Assembly (NCBI RefSeq): GCF_009914755.1
Contig: NC_060943.1
DNA: 64,000 bases
Source of the DNA: the human T2T-CHM13v2.0 reference genome, Homo sapiens
Direction: 5' to 3' (one strand)
Shown here: positions 1-28,443 of the stretch, one piece after another
Numbering within the stretch: the first letter of the stretch is position 1
How the letters are laid out: each line of letters begins with the position of its first letter
Notes under the pieces: model-generated
What the model saw: the letters and a program-made list of their open reading frames with translations, nothing else
Database searches by the model: none
What the model was told of the DNA's origin: nothing
Program-made: the position numbers and the translations under genes

Positions 1-115
1 GCGGGGCGGGGGTTCTGGGGGCGGGGCGGGGCGGGGCGGGGCGGGGCGGGGCGGGGGTTCTGGGGGCGGGGCAGGTCAGGTCTCGGGGGTCTCGGGGGTC
101 TCGGGGGTCTCGGGG
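1..115 (+). repeat. (GGGGC)n tract plus (GGGGGTCTC)x4; G-quadruplex-prone intronic repeat
   Basis: Directly visible G4-G5 runs separated by 1-4 nt loops. Confidence 0.85.
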
Positions 116-161
116 CCTGTCTAGGCAGGGATGGGGTCGGATTTGGGTGCCCGGGGCTCAC

Positions 162-8117
<7,956 letters not shown>

Positions 8118-8149
8118 CTGGACACTGGCCTCACAAGCCGGCACCAGGC

Positions 8150-8200
8150 CCTTTAACCTCCTGAGTCACGGGGGCGGGGCCTCTCTTCCATTGGAGCCCC
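8150..8200 (-). promoter_or_regulatory. Candidate CAPN12 proximal regulatory module (CCAAT, GC box, AP-1, TATA-like)
   Basis: ATTGG 8190-8194, GGGGCGGGG 8171-8179, TGAGTCA 8162-8168, TTAAA (minus) about 8152-8156, all within 80 bp of the ATG. Confidence 0.4.
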
Positions 8201-8381
8201 AGTGGGGTCTTTAGGCAATGAGGAGCCTTCCCTCGTTAATATTAATTGATGGTTTGGGGTGCTGGGGAGCAGGGACGCCTCTTCAGTAGCTTTCTTCCCA
8301 GGGCGTGGGGCCTTCAGTTGTGGCCAAGGTAGCAGCTTAATGGGCTTGGCCAGCAGCAGGAGAGAAGGCGGGCAGAGCTGA

Positions 8382-8841
<460 letters not shown>

Positions 8842-9274
8842 TAAAAAAAATTTTTTTTAAAGTAGAGACAGAGGGGTGGCGGGGGGCGGTCCCATATGTT
8901 CCCCAGGCTGGTCTTGAACTGCTGGCCTCAAGTGATCCTCCTGCTTCAGCAGCCTCCCAGAGAGCTGGGATTACAGATGTGAGCTACTGTGCCTGGCCCT
9001 TTCTTGTTTTTTGTTTCTGGCAATATTTGTGTCTCTGTATTTCCCCAACTCCACCCCTCTCCCCACCCCACCCTCTTTTTTTTTTTTTTTTTTTTTTTTG
9101 TAGAGATGGGGCGGGGATCTCACTTTGTTGCCCAGACTGGTCTCGAACTCCTGGGCTCAAGTGATCCTCCCCGCTTGGCCTCCCAAAGTGTTGGGATTAC
9201 AGGCGTGAATCACTATGCCTGTCCCCTCTCTCTTTGTGTCTCTTTCAGCGTGTGTCTGTTCCTCTCTGTACCTG

Positions 9275-9319
9275 TCAGACCCAGGAGTCCAGGCCCCCAG
9301 CCCCTCCTCCTTCAGACCC
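9275..9319. repeat. Single orphan MSR1 unit
   Basis: TCAGACCCAGGAGTCCAGGCCCCCAGCCCCTCCTCCTTCAGACCC. Confidence 0.8.
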
Positions 9320-9779
9320 TGTCAGTGTACCTTGTGTCTGCCTCCCTGTCTCTTCCTCTCCATCTTTCTGTCTGTCCCTGTAACCCATATGTGGCTCCTC
9401 CATCATCCACCGAGGGACCCTGAGCTCCCCTCCGCTCACGCCCCCTAAGCCCTCAGGATGCGCCTCCTCCCCTCCCGGACAAGGTAGACTCAGCCTGCTT
9501 GCCCAGGGAGGCTGACCCTGGAGGGATGGCTCTGTACCTCTCCTGTGCTGGGAGCCATCTGGTGACCATGATGCCCTGCCCTGGCCCACGCCACTCAGAG
9601 TCTGGATGGAGCAGTATTTCCCCCAAAGGACTCTGGAGCCATTGGAGGAAATGGGAGAAACAGGTACGGAGATGCCAGAGCCTCAGCAGTGCTGGTCCCA
9701 GCAGACCTTCCACCCTCGTTGAGGGTGTCTGCTGCCCTCCCAGAGCCTTGTCACCTCCACGCCACTCAGATGTCCCTCA

Positions 9780-12006
<2,227 letters not shown>

Positions 12007-12658
12007 TGAGACAGGGTCTGACTCTGTTGCCCAGGCTGGAGTGCAGTGGCACAATCTTGGCTCACTGCAGCCTTGACCTCCCGGGCTCAAGCAATCCTCC
12101 TGCCTCAGCTTCCTGAGTAGCTGGGACCACAGGCTTGTGCCACCATACCCAGCAAATTTTTAGACTTTTTGGTGGAATGGAGTCTCACTTTGTTGCCAGG
12201 GCTGGTCTTGAATCCCTGAGCTCAAGCAAACTTCCCATGTCAGCTTCCCAAAGTGCTGGGATTATAGGCCTGACCCACTGCACCTGGCCAGATGTACAAC
12301 TTTCAAACCACTGAAGTAGCTTAAAATGAAAGGAAAAGAAAATGTAATCTATTTGGCAATGGTCGAAAAGCAAAGGAAAATGCAGCGAATCATAGAAAAT
12401 AAAAGCAAAAAGCATCACACAATGACCTAAATAAAACCAAGCATATCAGTTATAACAACATTATGCAAATGTGTGAAACGTACTTGGGAACATCAACAAA
12501 CAAAATTCAACTGTTTAGCTTTCAAAACACTTTCCAAAGATAACACCACCAAGTTTTAAAATAAAAGGATTAGAAATAGCTATCAGTCAAAAGCAGATAC
12601 ACAAAAATCAGGGCAAATCTGATATTAGAGAAAACCGGATTTAAAGCAGATAGCATTA

Positions 12659-12907
<249 letters not shown>

Positions 12908-13517
12908 TCAAGAATCACTTGAACCCAGGAGGTGGAGGTTGCAGTGAGCCCAGATTGTGCCAGTGCACTCCAGCCTGGGTGACAGGACAAGACTCTGTCA
13001 AAAAAAAAAAAAAAAGCCTGGGAGCGATGGCTCACGCCTGTAATCTCAGCAGTTTGGGAGGCCCAGGCAGACGGATTACTCAAGGTCAGGAGTTCAAAAC
13101 TAGCCTGGCCAACATGGTGAAACCTGGCTCCACTAAAAATACAAAAAGCCAGGTGTGGTGTGTGCCTGTAATCCCAGCTACTCACGAGGCTGAGGCAGGA
13201 GAATCACTTGAACCTGGGAGGCAGAGGTTGCAGTGAGACACTGCACTCCAGCCTGGGTGACAGTGTGAGACTCCATCTCAAAAAAAAAAAAAGTGATCAT
13301 TTATTACACTATTAGAAACAAAAGGAAAAATACACAGAAACACAGTAGTGGTCATGGGTAATTTGAAACCACCATTATTCTTCAAATATCAAGTCTTTTA
13401 AAATGTGATATTTTGAATAATAGAATACAGTGAATTTAATATATATGCACACTCATTACATCTATATACACTCATGATTTTCAAGCATATATCAAACATT
13501 TGCAAAGACTCAATTTA

Positions 13518-13880
<363 letters not shown>

Positions 13881-13914
13881 TCACAAGGTCAGGAGATCCA
13901 GACAATCCTGGCTA

Positions 13915-14256
<342 letters not shown>

Positions 14257-14439
14257 TTACACCAAACTCCAAGCAAACAAACATATGTATAATAGGACTC
14301 TGGGGAAAGGAGAGGAAGGAGAAAAATTTTTGTAGCATTAATGGCTGGAAACTTTTCAAACTTGGTGTAAACGTTAATTTACACAAACTCCAAGAAGTAT
14401 AAATACAAAGAGAGCCATATCTAGATTCATCGTAGTAAA

Positions 14440-14549
14440 TGTCAGGCCTTTGAGCTTAAGCTAAGCTATCATTATCTTTTGTGACTTGCACATACACATC
14501 TAGATGGCCGGTTCCTGCCTTAACTGATGACATTCCACCACAAAAGAAG
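14440..14549 (+). mobile_element. 5' LTR7 remnant (first 110 bp of U3 only)
   Basis: Aligns to the start of the 3' LTR, then jumps straight into leader sequence AACCCCTCAACCCC; no R/U5/PBS. Confidence 0.9.
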
Positions 14550-15834
14550 AACCCCTCAACCCCTTCTCCTTCACCGTTAGTGGCAAGTCCCGCTTTTCTG
14601 GGGGAGGGGCAAGTACCCCAACCCCTTCTCTCCGTGTCTCTACCCCTTCTCTGCTTTTCTGAGTGGCAAGAACCCCTCAACCCCTTCTCCTTCACCCTTA
14701 GTAGCAAGTCCCGCTTTTCTGGAGGAGGGACAGGAACCCCGACCTCTTATCTCTGCACCCCGATCCCTTATTTCCATGCCCAGACCTCTTATCTCTGTGC
14801 CCCATCCCTTATTTCTGCACCCCAACCTCTTATCTCTGTGCCCCAACCCCTTCTCTGCTTTTCTGGAGGGCAAGAACCCCCCCACCCCTTCTCCATGTCT
14901 CTACTCTCTTTTCTCTGGGCTTGCCTCCTTCACTATGGGCAAGCTTCCACCTTCCATTCCTCCTTCTCCCTTAGCCTGTGTTCTTAAGATCTTAAAACCT
15001 CTTCAACTCTCACCTGATGTAAAATCTAAGCATCTAATTTTCTTCTGAAACGCCGCTTGACCCCCATACAAACTTGACAGTAGTTCCAAATAGCCAGAAA
15101 ACAGCACTTTCAATTTTTCCATCCTACAAGATCTAAATAATTCTTATCATAAAATAGGCAAATGGTGTGAGGTGCCTGACATCCAGGCATTCTTTTACAC
15201 ATCAGGCTCTCCCTAGCCTCTGTTCCCAATGCAACTCGTCCCAAATCTTCCTTCTTTCCCTCCCACCTGTCCCCTCAGTCCCAACCCCAAGTGTCACTGA
15301 GTCTTTCTAATCTTCCTTTTCTACAGACCTATCTGACCTCTCCCCTCCTTGCTAGGCCGAGCTAGGTCCCAATTCTTCCTCAGCCTCCGCTCCTCCACCC
15401 TATAATCCTTTTATCGCCTCCCCTCCTCACACCCGGTCCCCCTTACAGTTTCGTTCCGTGACTAGCCCTTCCCCACCTGCCCAGCAATTTACTCTTAAAA
15501 AGGTGGCTGGAGCTAAAGGCATAGTCAAGGTTAATGCTCCTTTTCCTTTATCCCAAATCAGATAGTGTTTAGGCTCTTTTTCATCAAATATAAAAATCCA
15601 GCCCAGTTCATGGCTCGTTCGGCAGCAACCCTGAGACACTTTACAGCCCTAGACCCTAAAATGTCAAAAGGCCGTCTTATTCTCAATATACATTTTATTA
15701 CCCAATCTGCTCCCGACATTAAATAAAACTCCAAAAATTAAATTCCGGCCCTCAAACCCCACAACAGGACTTAATTAACCTCGCCTTCAAGGTGTACAAT
15801 AATAGAGGCAGCCAAGTAGCAACATATTTCTGAG

Positions 15835-16164
15835 TTGCAATTCCTTGCCTCCACTGTGAGACAAACCTCAGCCACATCTCCAGCACAAAAGAACCTCCAA
15901 ACGCCTAAACCGCAGTGGCCAGGCGTTCCTCCAGAACCGCCTCCCCCAGGAGCTTGCTACAAGTGCCAGAAATCTGGCCACCAGGCCAAGGACTGCCCGC
16001 AGCCCAGGATTCCTCCTAAGCCGTGTCCCATCTGTGCAGGACCCCACTGGAAATCGGACTGTCCAACTCACCTGGCAGCCACTCCCAGAGCCCCTGGAAC
16101 TCTGGCCCAAGGCTCTCTGACTGACTCCTTCCCAGATCTTCTCGGCTTAGCAGCTGAAGACTGA
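15835..16164 (+). pseudogene. HERV-H gag remnant (nucleocapsid zinc knuckles)
   Basis: [14 protein letters not shown] and [13 protein letters not shown]; upstream gag interrupted by stops. Confidence 0.85.
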
Positions 16165-16230
16165 TGCTGCCCGATTGCCTCGGAAGCCCCGTAGACCATC
16201 ACGGACACCAAGCTTTAAGTAACTCTCACA

Positions 16231-17170
16231 GTGGAAGGTAAGTCCGTCCCCTTCTTAATCAATACGGAGGCTACCCACTCCACATTACCTTCTTTTCAAA
16301 GGCCTGTTTCCCTTGCCTCCATAACTGTAGTGGGTATTGACAGCCAGGCTTCTAAACCTCTTAAAACTCCCCAACTCTGGTGCCAACTTAGACAATATTC
16401 TTTTATGCACTCCTTTTAGTTATCTCCACCTGCCCAGTTCCCTAATTAGGCCGAGACACTTCAAATTATCTGCTTCCCTGACTATTCCTGGATTACAGCT
16501 GCATCTCATTGCCGCCCTTCTTCCCAATCCAAAGCCTCCTTTGCATCCTCCTCTTGTATCCCCCCACCTTAACCCAAAGGTATAAGATACCTCTACTCCC
16601 TCCTTGGCGACCAATCATGCACCCCTTACCATCTCATTAAAACCTAATCACCCTTACCCCGCTCAATGCCAATATCCCATCCCACAGCATGCTTTGAAAG
16701 GATTAAAGCCTGTTATCACTCGCCTGTTACAGCATGGCCTTTTAAAGCCTATAAACTCTCCTTACAATTCCCCCATTTTACCTGTCCTAAAACCAGACAA
16801 GACTTACAGGTTAATTCAGGATCTGCGCCTTATCAACCAAATTGTTTTGCCTATCCACCCTGTGGTGCCAAACCCATATACTCTCCTATCCTCAGTACCT
16901 CCCTCCACAATCCATTATTCTGTTCTGGATCTCAAACATGCTTTCTTTCCTATTCCTTTGCACCTGTCATCCCAGCCTCTCTTTGCTTTCACTTGGACTG
17001 ACCCTGACACCAATCAGGCTCAGCAAATTACCTGGGCTGTACTGCCTCAAGGCTTCACAGACAGACCCCATTACTTCAGTCAAGCCCAAATTTCATCCTC
17101 ATCTGTTACCTATCTTGGCATAATTCTCATAAAAACACACGTGCTCTCCCTGCTGCTTGTGTCCGATTAA
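16231..17170 (+). pseudogene. HERV-H pro/RT remnants (non-functional)
   Basis: Protease motif decayed to FLINTEATHS (no catalytic DTG); RT motifs YRLIQDLRLIN, SVLDLKHAFF, WAVLPQGF; YxDD region absent; frameshifts. Confidence 0.85.
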
Positions 17171-18962
17171 TCTCCCAAACCTCGATCCCTTACAAAACAA
17201 CAACTCCTTTCCTTCCTAGGCATGGTTAGTTCGGTCAGAATTATTACACAAGAGCCAGGACCGCACCCTGTAGCCTTTCTGCCCAAACAACTTGACCTTA
17301 CTGTTTTAGCCTAGCCCTCATGTCTCCGTGCAGCGGCTGCCGCTGCTTTAACACTTTTAGAGGCCCTCAAAATCACAAACTATGCTCAATTCACTCTCTA
17401 CATTTCTCATAATTTCCAAAATCTATTTTCTTCCTCACACCTGACGCATATACTTTCTGCTTCCTGGCTCCTTCAGCTGTACTCACTCTTTGTTAAGTCC
17501 CACAATGACCATTGTTCCTGGCCCGGACTTCAATCCGGCCTCCCACATTATTCCGGATACCACACCTGACCCCCATGACGGCATCTCTCTGATCCACCTG
17601 ATGTTCATCCCATTTCCCCACATTTCCTTCTTCCCTGTTCCTCACCCTGATCACGCTTGATTTATTGATGGCAGTTCCACCAGGCCTAATCGCCACACAC
17701 CAGCAAAGGCAGGCTATGCTATAGTACAAGCCACTAGCCTGCCTCTTAGAACCTCTCACTTCCTTTCCATTGTGGAAATCTATCTTCAAAGAAATAAATT
17801 CTCAGTGTTCCATCTGCTATTCTACTACTCCTCATGGATTATTCAAGCCCCCTCCCTTCCCTACACATCAACTCGAGGATTTGCCCCCACCCAGGACTGG
17901 CAAATTAGCTTTACTCAACATGCCCCGAGTAAGATAACTAAAACACCTCTTAGTCTAGGTAGACACTTTCACTGGATAAGTAGAGTCCTTTCCTACAGGG
18001 TCTGAGAAGGCCACCACAGTCATTTCTTCCCTTCTGTCAGACATAATTCTTCAGTTTAGCCTTATCATTCCCTTCTGTCAGACGTAATTCCTCAATTTAG
18101 CCTTCCCACCTCTATACAGTCTGATAACAGACCAGCCTTTATTTGTCAAATCAGCCAAGCATTTTTTCAGGCTCTTAGTATTCAGTGACAGACTAAAACA
18201 CACCTCACCAACCTCAGCCACCAACTTAAAAAGGACTGGACAATATTTTTACCACTTTCGCTTCTCAGAATTCAGGCCTGTCCTCAGAATGCTACAAGAT
18301 ACAGCCCATTTAAGTTCCTGTATAGACACTCCTTTTTATTAGGCCCCAGTCTCATTCCAGACACCAGACCAACTTAGACTGTGCCCCCAAATAACTTGTC
18401 ATCCCTACTATCTTCTGTCTAGTCATACTCCTATTCACCGTTCTCAACTACTCATGCATGCCCTGCTCTTGTTTACACTGCCAGTTTACACAGTTTCTCC
18501 AAGCCATCACAGCTGATATCTCCTCGTGCTATCCCCAAACTGCCACTCTTAACTCTTGAAGTAAATAAATAATCTTTGCTGGCAAGGCTATGCTGAACCT
18601 CCTTAGGCACTCTCTAATTAGATGTCCTAGGTCCTCCCAATTCTTAGTCCTTTAATACCTGTTTTTCTCCTTCTCTTATTCCGTTTAGTTTTTCAATTCA
18701 TACAAAACCGTATCCAGGCCATCACCAATCATTCTACACGACAAATGTTTCTTCTAACAACCCCACAATATCACCCTTTACCACAAAATCTTCCTTCAGC
18801 TTAATCTCTCCCACTCTAAGTTCCCACGCCGCCCCTAATACCGCTGGAAGCAGCCCTAAGAAACATCACCCATTATCTCTCCATACCACCCCCAAAAATT
18901 TTCACTGTCCCAACACTTTACTACTATTTCATTTTATTTTTCTTAATATAAGAAGACAGGAA

Positions 18963-19610
<648 letters not shown>

Positions 19611-20155
19611 TAGCCAGGATGTTCTCGATCTCCTGACCTCGTGATCCACCCTCCTTGGCCTCCCAAAGTGCTGGGATTACAGGCGTGAGCCACCGTGCCA
19701 GGAAAATGGAAAATTTTAAAGGAGCAAGTGAAAAACAGCTCATTATGTACAGGGGAACAATAGAATTAATGGCTAGATTCTCCTAGGAACAATGGAGGCC
19801 AGAAGGCAGATGAATGATTTATTCAAAACACTGAAAGAAAAATAAAACTGTCAACTGATAATTCTATATTCAACAAAACTATACTTCAAAACAAAAGGCA
19901 AAAGAAAATCATTCCCAGATAAACAAAAAGAGAATTCCTGACTAGCATATACCTAAACGCAGGGAATACTCAAGGAAACCCCTCACACTGAAAATGACAG
20001 TAGACAGAAACTCAAATCCACAGGAAGAAATGAAGAGCCCCAGAAATGTATTTTTCTTTTCTTCTTTTAATTTATTTTAAAACATAAGGTCAGGCTGGGC
20101 ACGGTGGCCCACGCCTATAATCCCAGCACTTTGGGAGGCCGAGGCAGGCAGATCA

Positions 20156-20845
<690 letters not shown>

Positions 20846-20848
20846 TTA

Positions 20849-21028
<180 letters not shown>

Positions 21029-21049
21029 CTACAAGAGCGAAACTCCATC

Positions 21050-21080
<31 letters not shown>

Positions 21081-21894
21081 AGGAAAGGTTATAAGGCCGG
21101 GCATGGTTGCTTACGCCTGTAATCCCAGCACTTTGGGAGGCCGAGGCGGTGGATCATGTGAGGTCAGGAATATGAGACCAGCATGGTCAACATGGTGAAA
21201 CCCTGTCTCTACAAAAATACAAACTTAACCAGGCATGATGGTGGCTGCCTGTAGTCCGAGGTACTCAGGAGGCTGAGGCAGGAGAATGGCTTGAACCCAG
21301 GTGGTGGAGGTTGCAGTGAGCCAAGATCACGCCATTGCACTCCAGCCTGGGCGACAGAGCAAGACTCCATCTCAAATAAATAAAAATAAATAAATAAAAT
21401 ACAAAAAATTAGCTGGGTGTGATGGTGCACGCGTTTAGTCCCAGCTACTCAGGAGGCTGAGACAGCAGAATGGCTTGAACCTGAAAGGTGGAGGTTGCAG
21501 TGAGCTGAGATCATGCCATTGCGCTCCAGAGCGAGACTCTGTCTCAAAAACAACAACAACAAAAAAACGCGAGGCACAGTGGCTCACGCCTGTAATCCCA
21601 GCACCTTGGGAGGCTGAGGTCGGGGGGATCACCTGAGGTCAGTTCAAGACCAGCCTGGCCAACATGGAAACCCCATCTCTACTAAAAATACAAAAATTAG
21701 CCGGGCATGGTGGCGGGTGCCTGTAATCCCAGCTACTTGGGAGGCTGAGGCAGGAGAATCACTTTAACCCAGGAAGCAGAGGTTGCAGTGAGCCAAGATC
21801 GCGCCACTGCACTCCAGCCTGGGTGGCAGACTGAGACTCCATCTCAAAAAAAAAAAAAAAAAAAACCCAGTTATATAGCACTGTATTTTTTTAG

Positions 21895-22199
<305 letters not shown>

Positions 22200-22207
22200 T
22201 GACATAC

Positions 22208-23390
<1,183 letters not shown>

Positions 23391-23391
23391 A

Positions 23392-23562
<171 letters not shown>

Positions 23563-23716
23563 TTAGCCGGGACTGGTGGTGGGCACCTATAATCCCAGAT
23601 ACTCAGGAGGCTGAGGCAGGAGAATCACTTGAATCCAAGAGGCAAAGATCGCACCATTGCACTCCAGCGCCTGGACCACAAGAGTGAAACTCCGTCTCAA
23701 AAAAAAAAAAAAAAAG

Positions 23717-23967
23717 GAACCGGGAAGGTCATGAAAGGAGCGTGCTCATGCACAAATGCCTGATAGGAACAATTGCGGAAGACTCTCCAAAAACCACAAC
23801 CTCGCACAAAGTCCACTGCAACGTTACACAGAAAGTACTTTTGTCCAGTAACTGCCTGTCCAACCTTGGACTGATGCCACCCTTGTTTCAAGTCTCGTAG
23901 CCAAGGATAATTGATTCAAAACACTTTATGTAATCCTCCTCATTTTGCCTTTGAAAACTTCCCCTTG
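23717..23967 (+). mobile_element. ERV1-class LTR fragment (family uncertain)
   Basis: AACCACAACCTCGCACAAAG...AACTGCCTGTCCAACCTTGGACTG resembles old ERV1 LTRs. Confidence 0.45.
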
Positions 23968-25395
23968 GCTGGGCATGGTGGCTCACACCTGTAATCCAAG
24001 CACTTTGGGAGGCTGACCCAGGCAGACCCCTAGAGTCCAGGAGTTTGAGATCGGCCTGGGCAATATGGTGAAACTCTGTCTCTAGAAAAGATACAAAAAT
24101 TAGCTGGGCATGGTGGTGTGCGACTGTATTCCCAGCTACTCAGGAGGCTGAGGTGGGAGGATGGCTTGAGGACGGGAAGCGGGGGTTGCAGTGAGCCGAG
24201 ATTGCACCACTGTTCTCCAACCTGGGCAACAGATCGAGATCTTGTCTCAAAATAATAATAATAATAATTATTATTGTTATTATTATTTAAAAATTTAAAA
24301 CTTCGCCTTGCCTCAATCTCCTCTTTTTTTTTTTTTTTTTAAGATAAGGAGAGGCCAGCTATGCAGTGGCTCACACCTGTAATCCCAATACTTTGGGAGG
24401 CCAAGACGGGCAGATCACAAGATCAGGAGTTTGAGACCAGCCTGGCCAATATGGTGAATCCCCAACTCTACTAAAAATACAAATTAGCTGGGTGTGGTGG
24501 CAGGCACCTGTAGTCCCAGCTACTCGGGAGGCTGAGGCAGGAGAATCACTTGAACCAGGTTGCAGTGAGCTGAGATCACACCACTGCACACCAGCCTGGG
24601 CAATAGAGAGAGACTCCATCTAAAAAAAAAAACACACACAAAAAAAGAGAGAGACATAGGATTGGGCCGGGCACAGTGGCTCACGCCTGTAATCCTAGCA
24701 TGTTAGGAGGCTTAGGCAGGTGGACCACCTGAGGTCTGGAGTTTCAGACCAGCCCAGTTAACATGGCAAAACCCCATCTCTACTGAAAATACAAAAATTA
24801 GCCAGGTGTGGTGGCACCTGCCTTTAGTCCCAACTACTTGGAGGCTGAGGCAGGAGAATCACTTGAACCCAGGAGGCAGAGGTTGCAGTGAGCTGATTGC
24901 ATCAGTGCACTCCAGCCTGGATGAGAGAGACTCCATCTCAAAAAAAAAAAGAAGAAGAAGAAAGAAAGAAAGAAGGAAGGAAGGGAGGGAGGGAGGGAGG
25001 GAGGGAGGGTGGGAGGGAAAGAAATTATTATGTGAGATAAGACAGGTGGATCTCGTGAGCCCAGGAGTTTGAGGCCATCCTGGGCAACATAATGAGACCC
25101 CCATCTCTATTAGAAAATAATAATAGTAAAAATAAAAAATAATTTAAAAAGTATTACTTCTAACTATAATGGAACTAAGCTAAAAGCCAACAATAAAATG
25201 AAATTTAGAAAATCTCTAAATATAAGAAAACTAAACAACATACTTGTAGATGACCTATGTGTCAAAGAAGGAATCTGGCTAGGTGTGGTGGCTCATGCCT
25301 ATAATCCCAGCCAAGGGAGGCCAAGGCCAGTGGATCACCTTAGATCAGGAGTTCGAGACCAGCCTGGCCAACACGGTGAAACCGTGTCTCTACTA

Positions 25396-25554
<159 letters not shown>

Positions 25555-26151
25555 CTAAAAAAAAAAAAAAAAAAATCAAAAATGAATTTAGAAAATACCT
25601 TGAGCTGAATAAAAACAAAAACACAGGAAATAAAAATGTACAGGATGCTGGCAATGTAGTAATTAGCGGGAAACTTATAGCTTAAAAAACATATTAGTGT
25701 TGAGTCAGCCTGGTGAAAATTTTAAAAACCCCAACACATTAGAATGGAAAGAAGGCCTAAAATCAATAATTTAGGCTTCCACCTCCAAAGCTAGAAAAAG
25801 AAGAGTAAATCAAACTCAAAGAAAATAGTAAGAAGGAAGTAATAAAGATCTAAATGGACAGCAATGAAACAGAAATATAAAAACAATAGAGAAAAAGCAA
25901 TGAAACTGAAATTGGCTCATTGAAAACATCAACAAAACCGGTATTGAAAAGATTAACAGGCCAGGTGTGGTGGCTCACACCTGTAATCCCAGCAGTTTGA
26001 GAGGCCAAGGTGGGTAGATCACTTGAGCTCAGGCGTTCGAGACCAGCCCGGTCGACATGGAGAAACCCTGTCTCTACTAACAATACAAAAATTAACTGGG
26101 CATGGTGGCACACACCTGTAATCCCAGCTGGAGGCTGAGACAGGAGAATCA

Positions 26152-26435
<284 letters not shown>

Positions 26436-26971
26436 TCAGGAGGCTGAGGCAGGAGAATCGCTTGAATCCGGAGGTGGAGGTTGATGTGAGCCGAGATCAC
26501 ACCACTGCACTCCAGCCTTTGGCGACAGAGTGAAACTCTGTCTCAAAAACAAACAAACAAACAAACAAACAAACTAGTATACTGGTTTTCAATGAAATCA
26601 GTTAGCTCATTAAAAAGTTCAACAAAAGAGTAAGAAAAATAAAAAAGACAGAAGCCCTCAATTACCAAAAGCAAGAATGAAGGAGGGAAAAACACTAACA
26701 TGGTACACAAATTTTAAAAAATCACAGGGGAATATTATGAACAGATTTAGGTCAACTAATTAGGCAATTTAAATGAAATGAACAAATCCCTAGAGAGACA
26801 CAAATTACCAAAACTGACTCAAGAACAAAATAGAAACACAGATACAATTTTTGTACAAGTATCCATTGAAATGTATTGAAAAATGAAAATGACATAGAAT
26901 AAACAAAACAATTTTGAGAAAGGAGAACAAAGTTGCAAGGCATATAATGTGACTTTAAGACTCACTATTCA

Positions 26972-27596
<625 letters not shown>

Positions 27597-27648
27597 TCAG
27601 GAGTTAAGAGACCAGCCTGGCTAACACGGTGAAACCCCGTCTCTACTA

Positions 27649-27855
<207 letters not shown>

Positions 27856-28338
27856 CTACAGTAATCAGGAATATGCTATCATGATAAGGATAGATATATA
27901 AATCAAGGAATCAGAAGAATGATTAAGTCCAGATTTAAAACAACAAAAATGGTCAATTAATTTTTAACAAAATTGCCAATATAATTCAATGAGGAGAAAA
28001 AACAGTCACTTCAACAAATGGTGCTGAAATAACTGGACATCTATAGAGTGAGAAAAGAACCTTGACCCTTAACTCATACCACACACAAAAATTAACTAAA
28101 AATAACTAAAAATTAACTAGAAATAATATATTAACTAATGAGACAAAAATTAACTAAAGTTAGGCCGAGTGCTGTGACTCACGCCTGTAATCCCAGCACT
28201 TTGGGAGACCAAGGCGGGTGGATCACCTGAAGTCAGGAATTCAAGAACAGCCTGGCCAACATGGTGAAACCCTGTCTCTACTAAAAATACAAAAATTAGC
28301 CGGGCGTGGTGGCGGGTGCCTGTAATCCCAGATACTCA

Positions 28339-28443
<105 letters not shown>

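Noticed and set aside
16604-17170. HERV-H RT ORF as a functional or domesticated gene
   Set aside because: Lacks YxDD, frameshifted, protease catalytic Asp lost, 5' promoter deleted.
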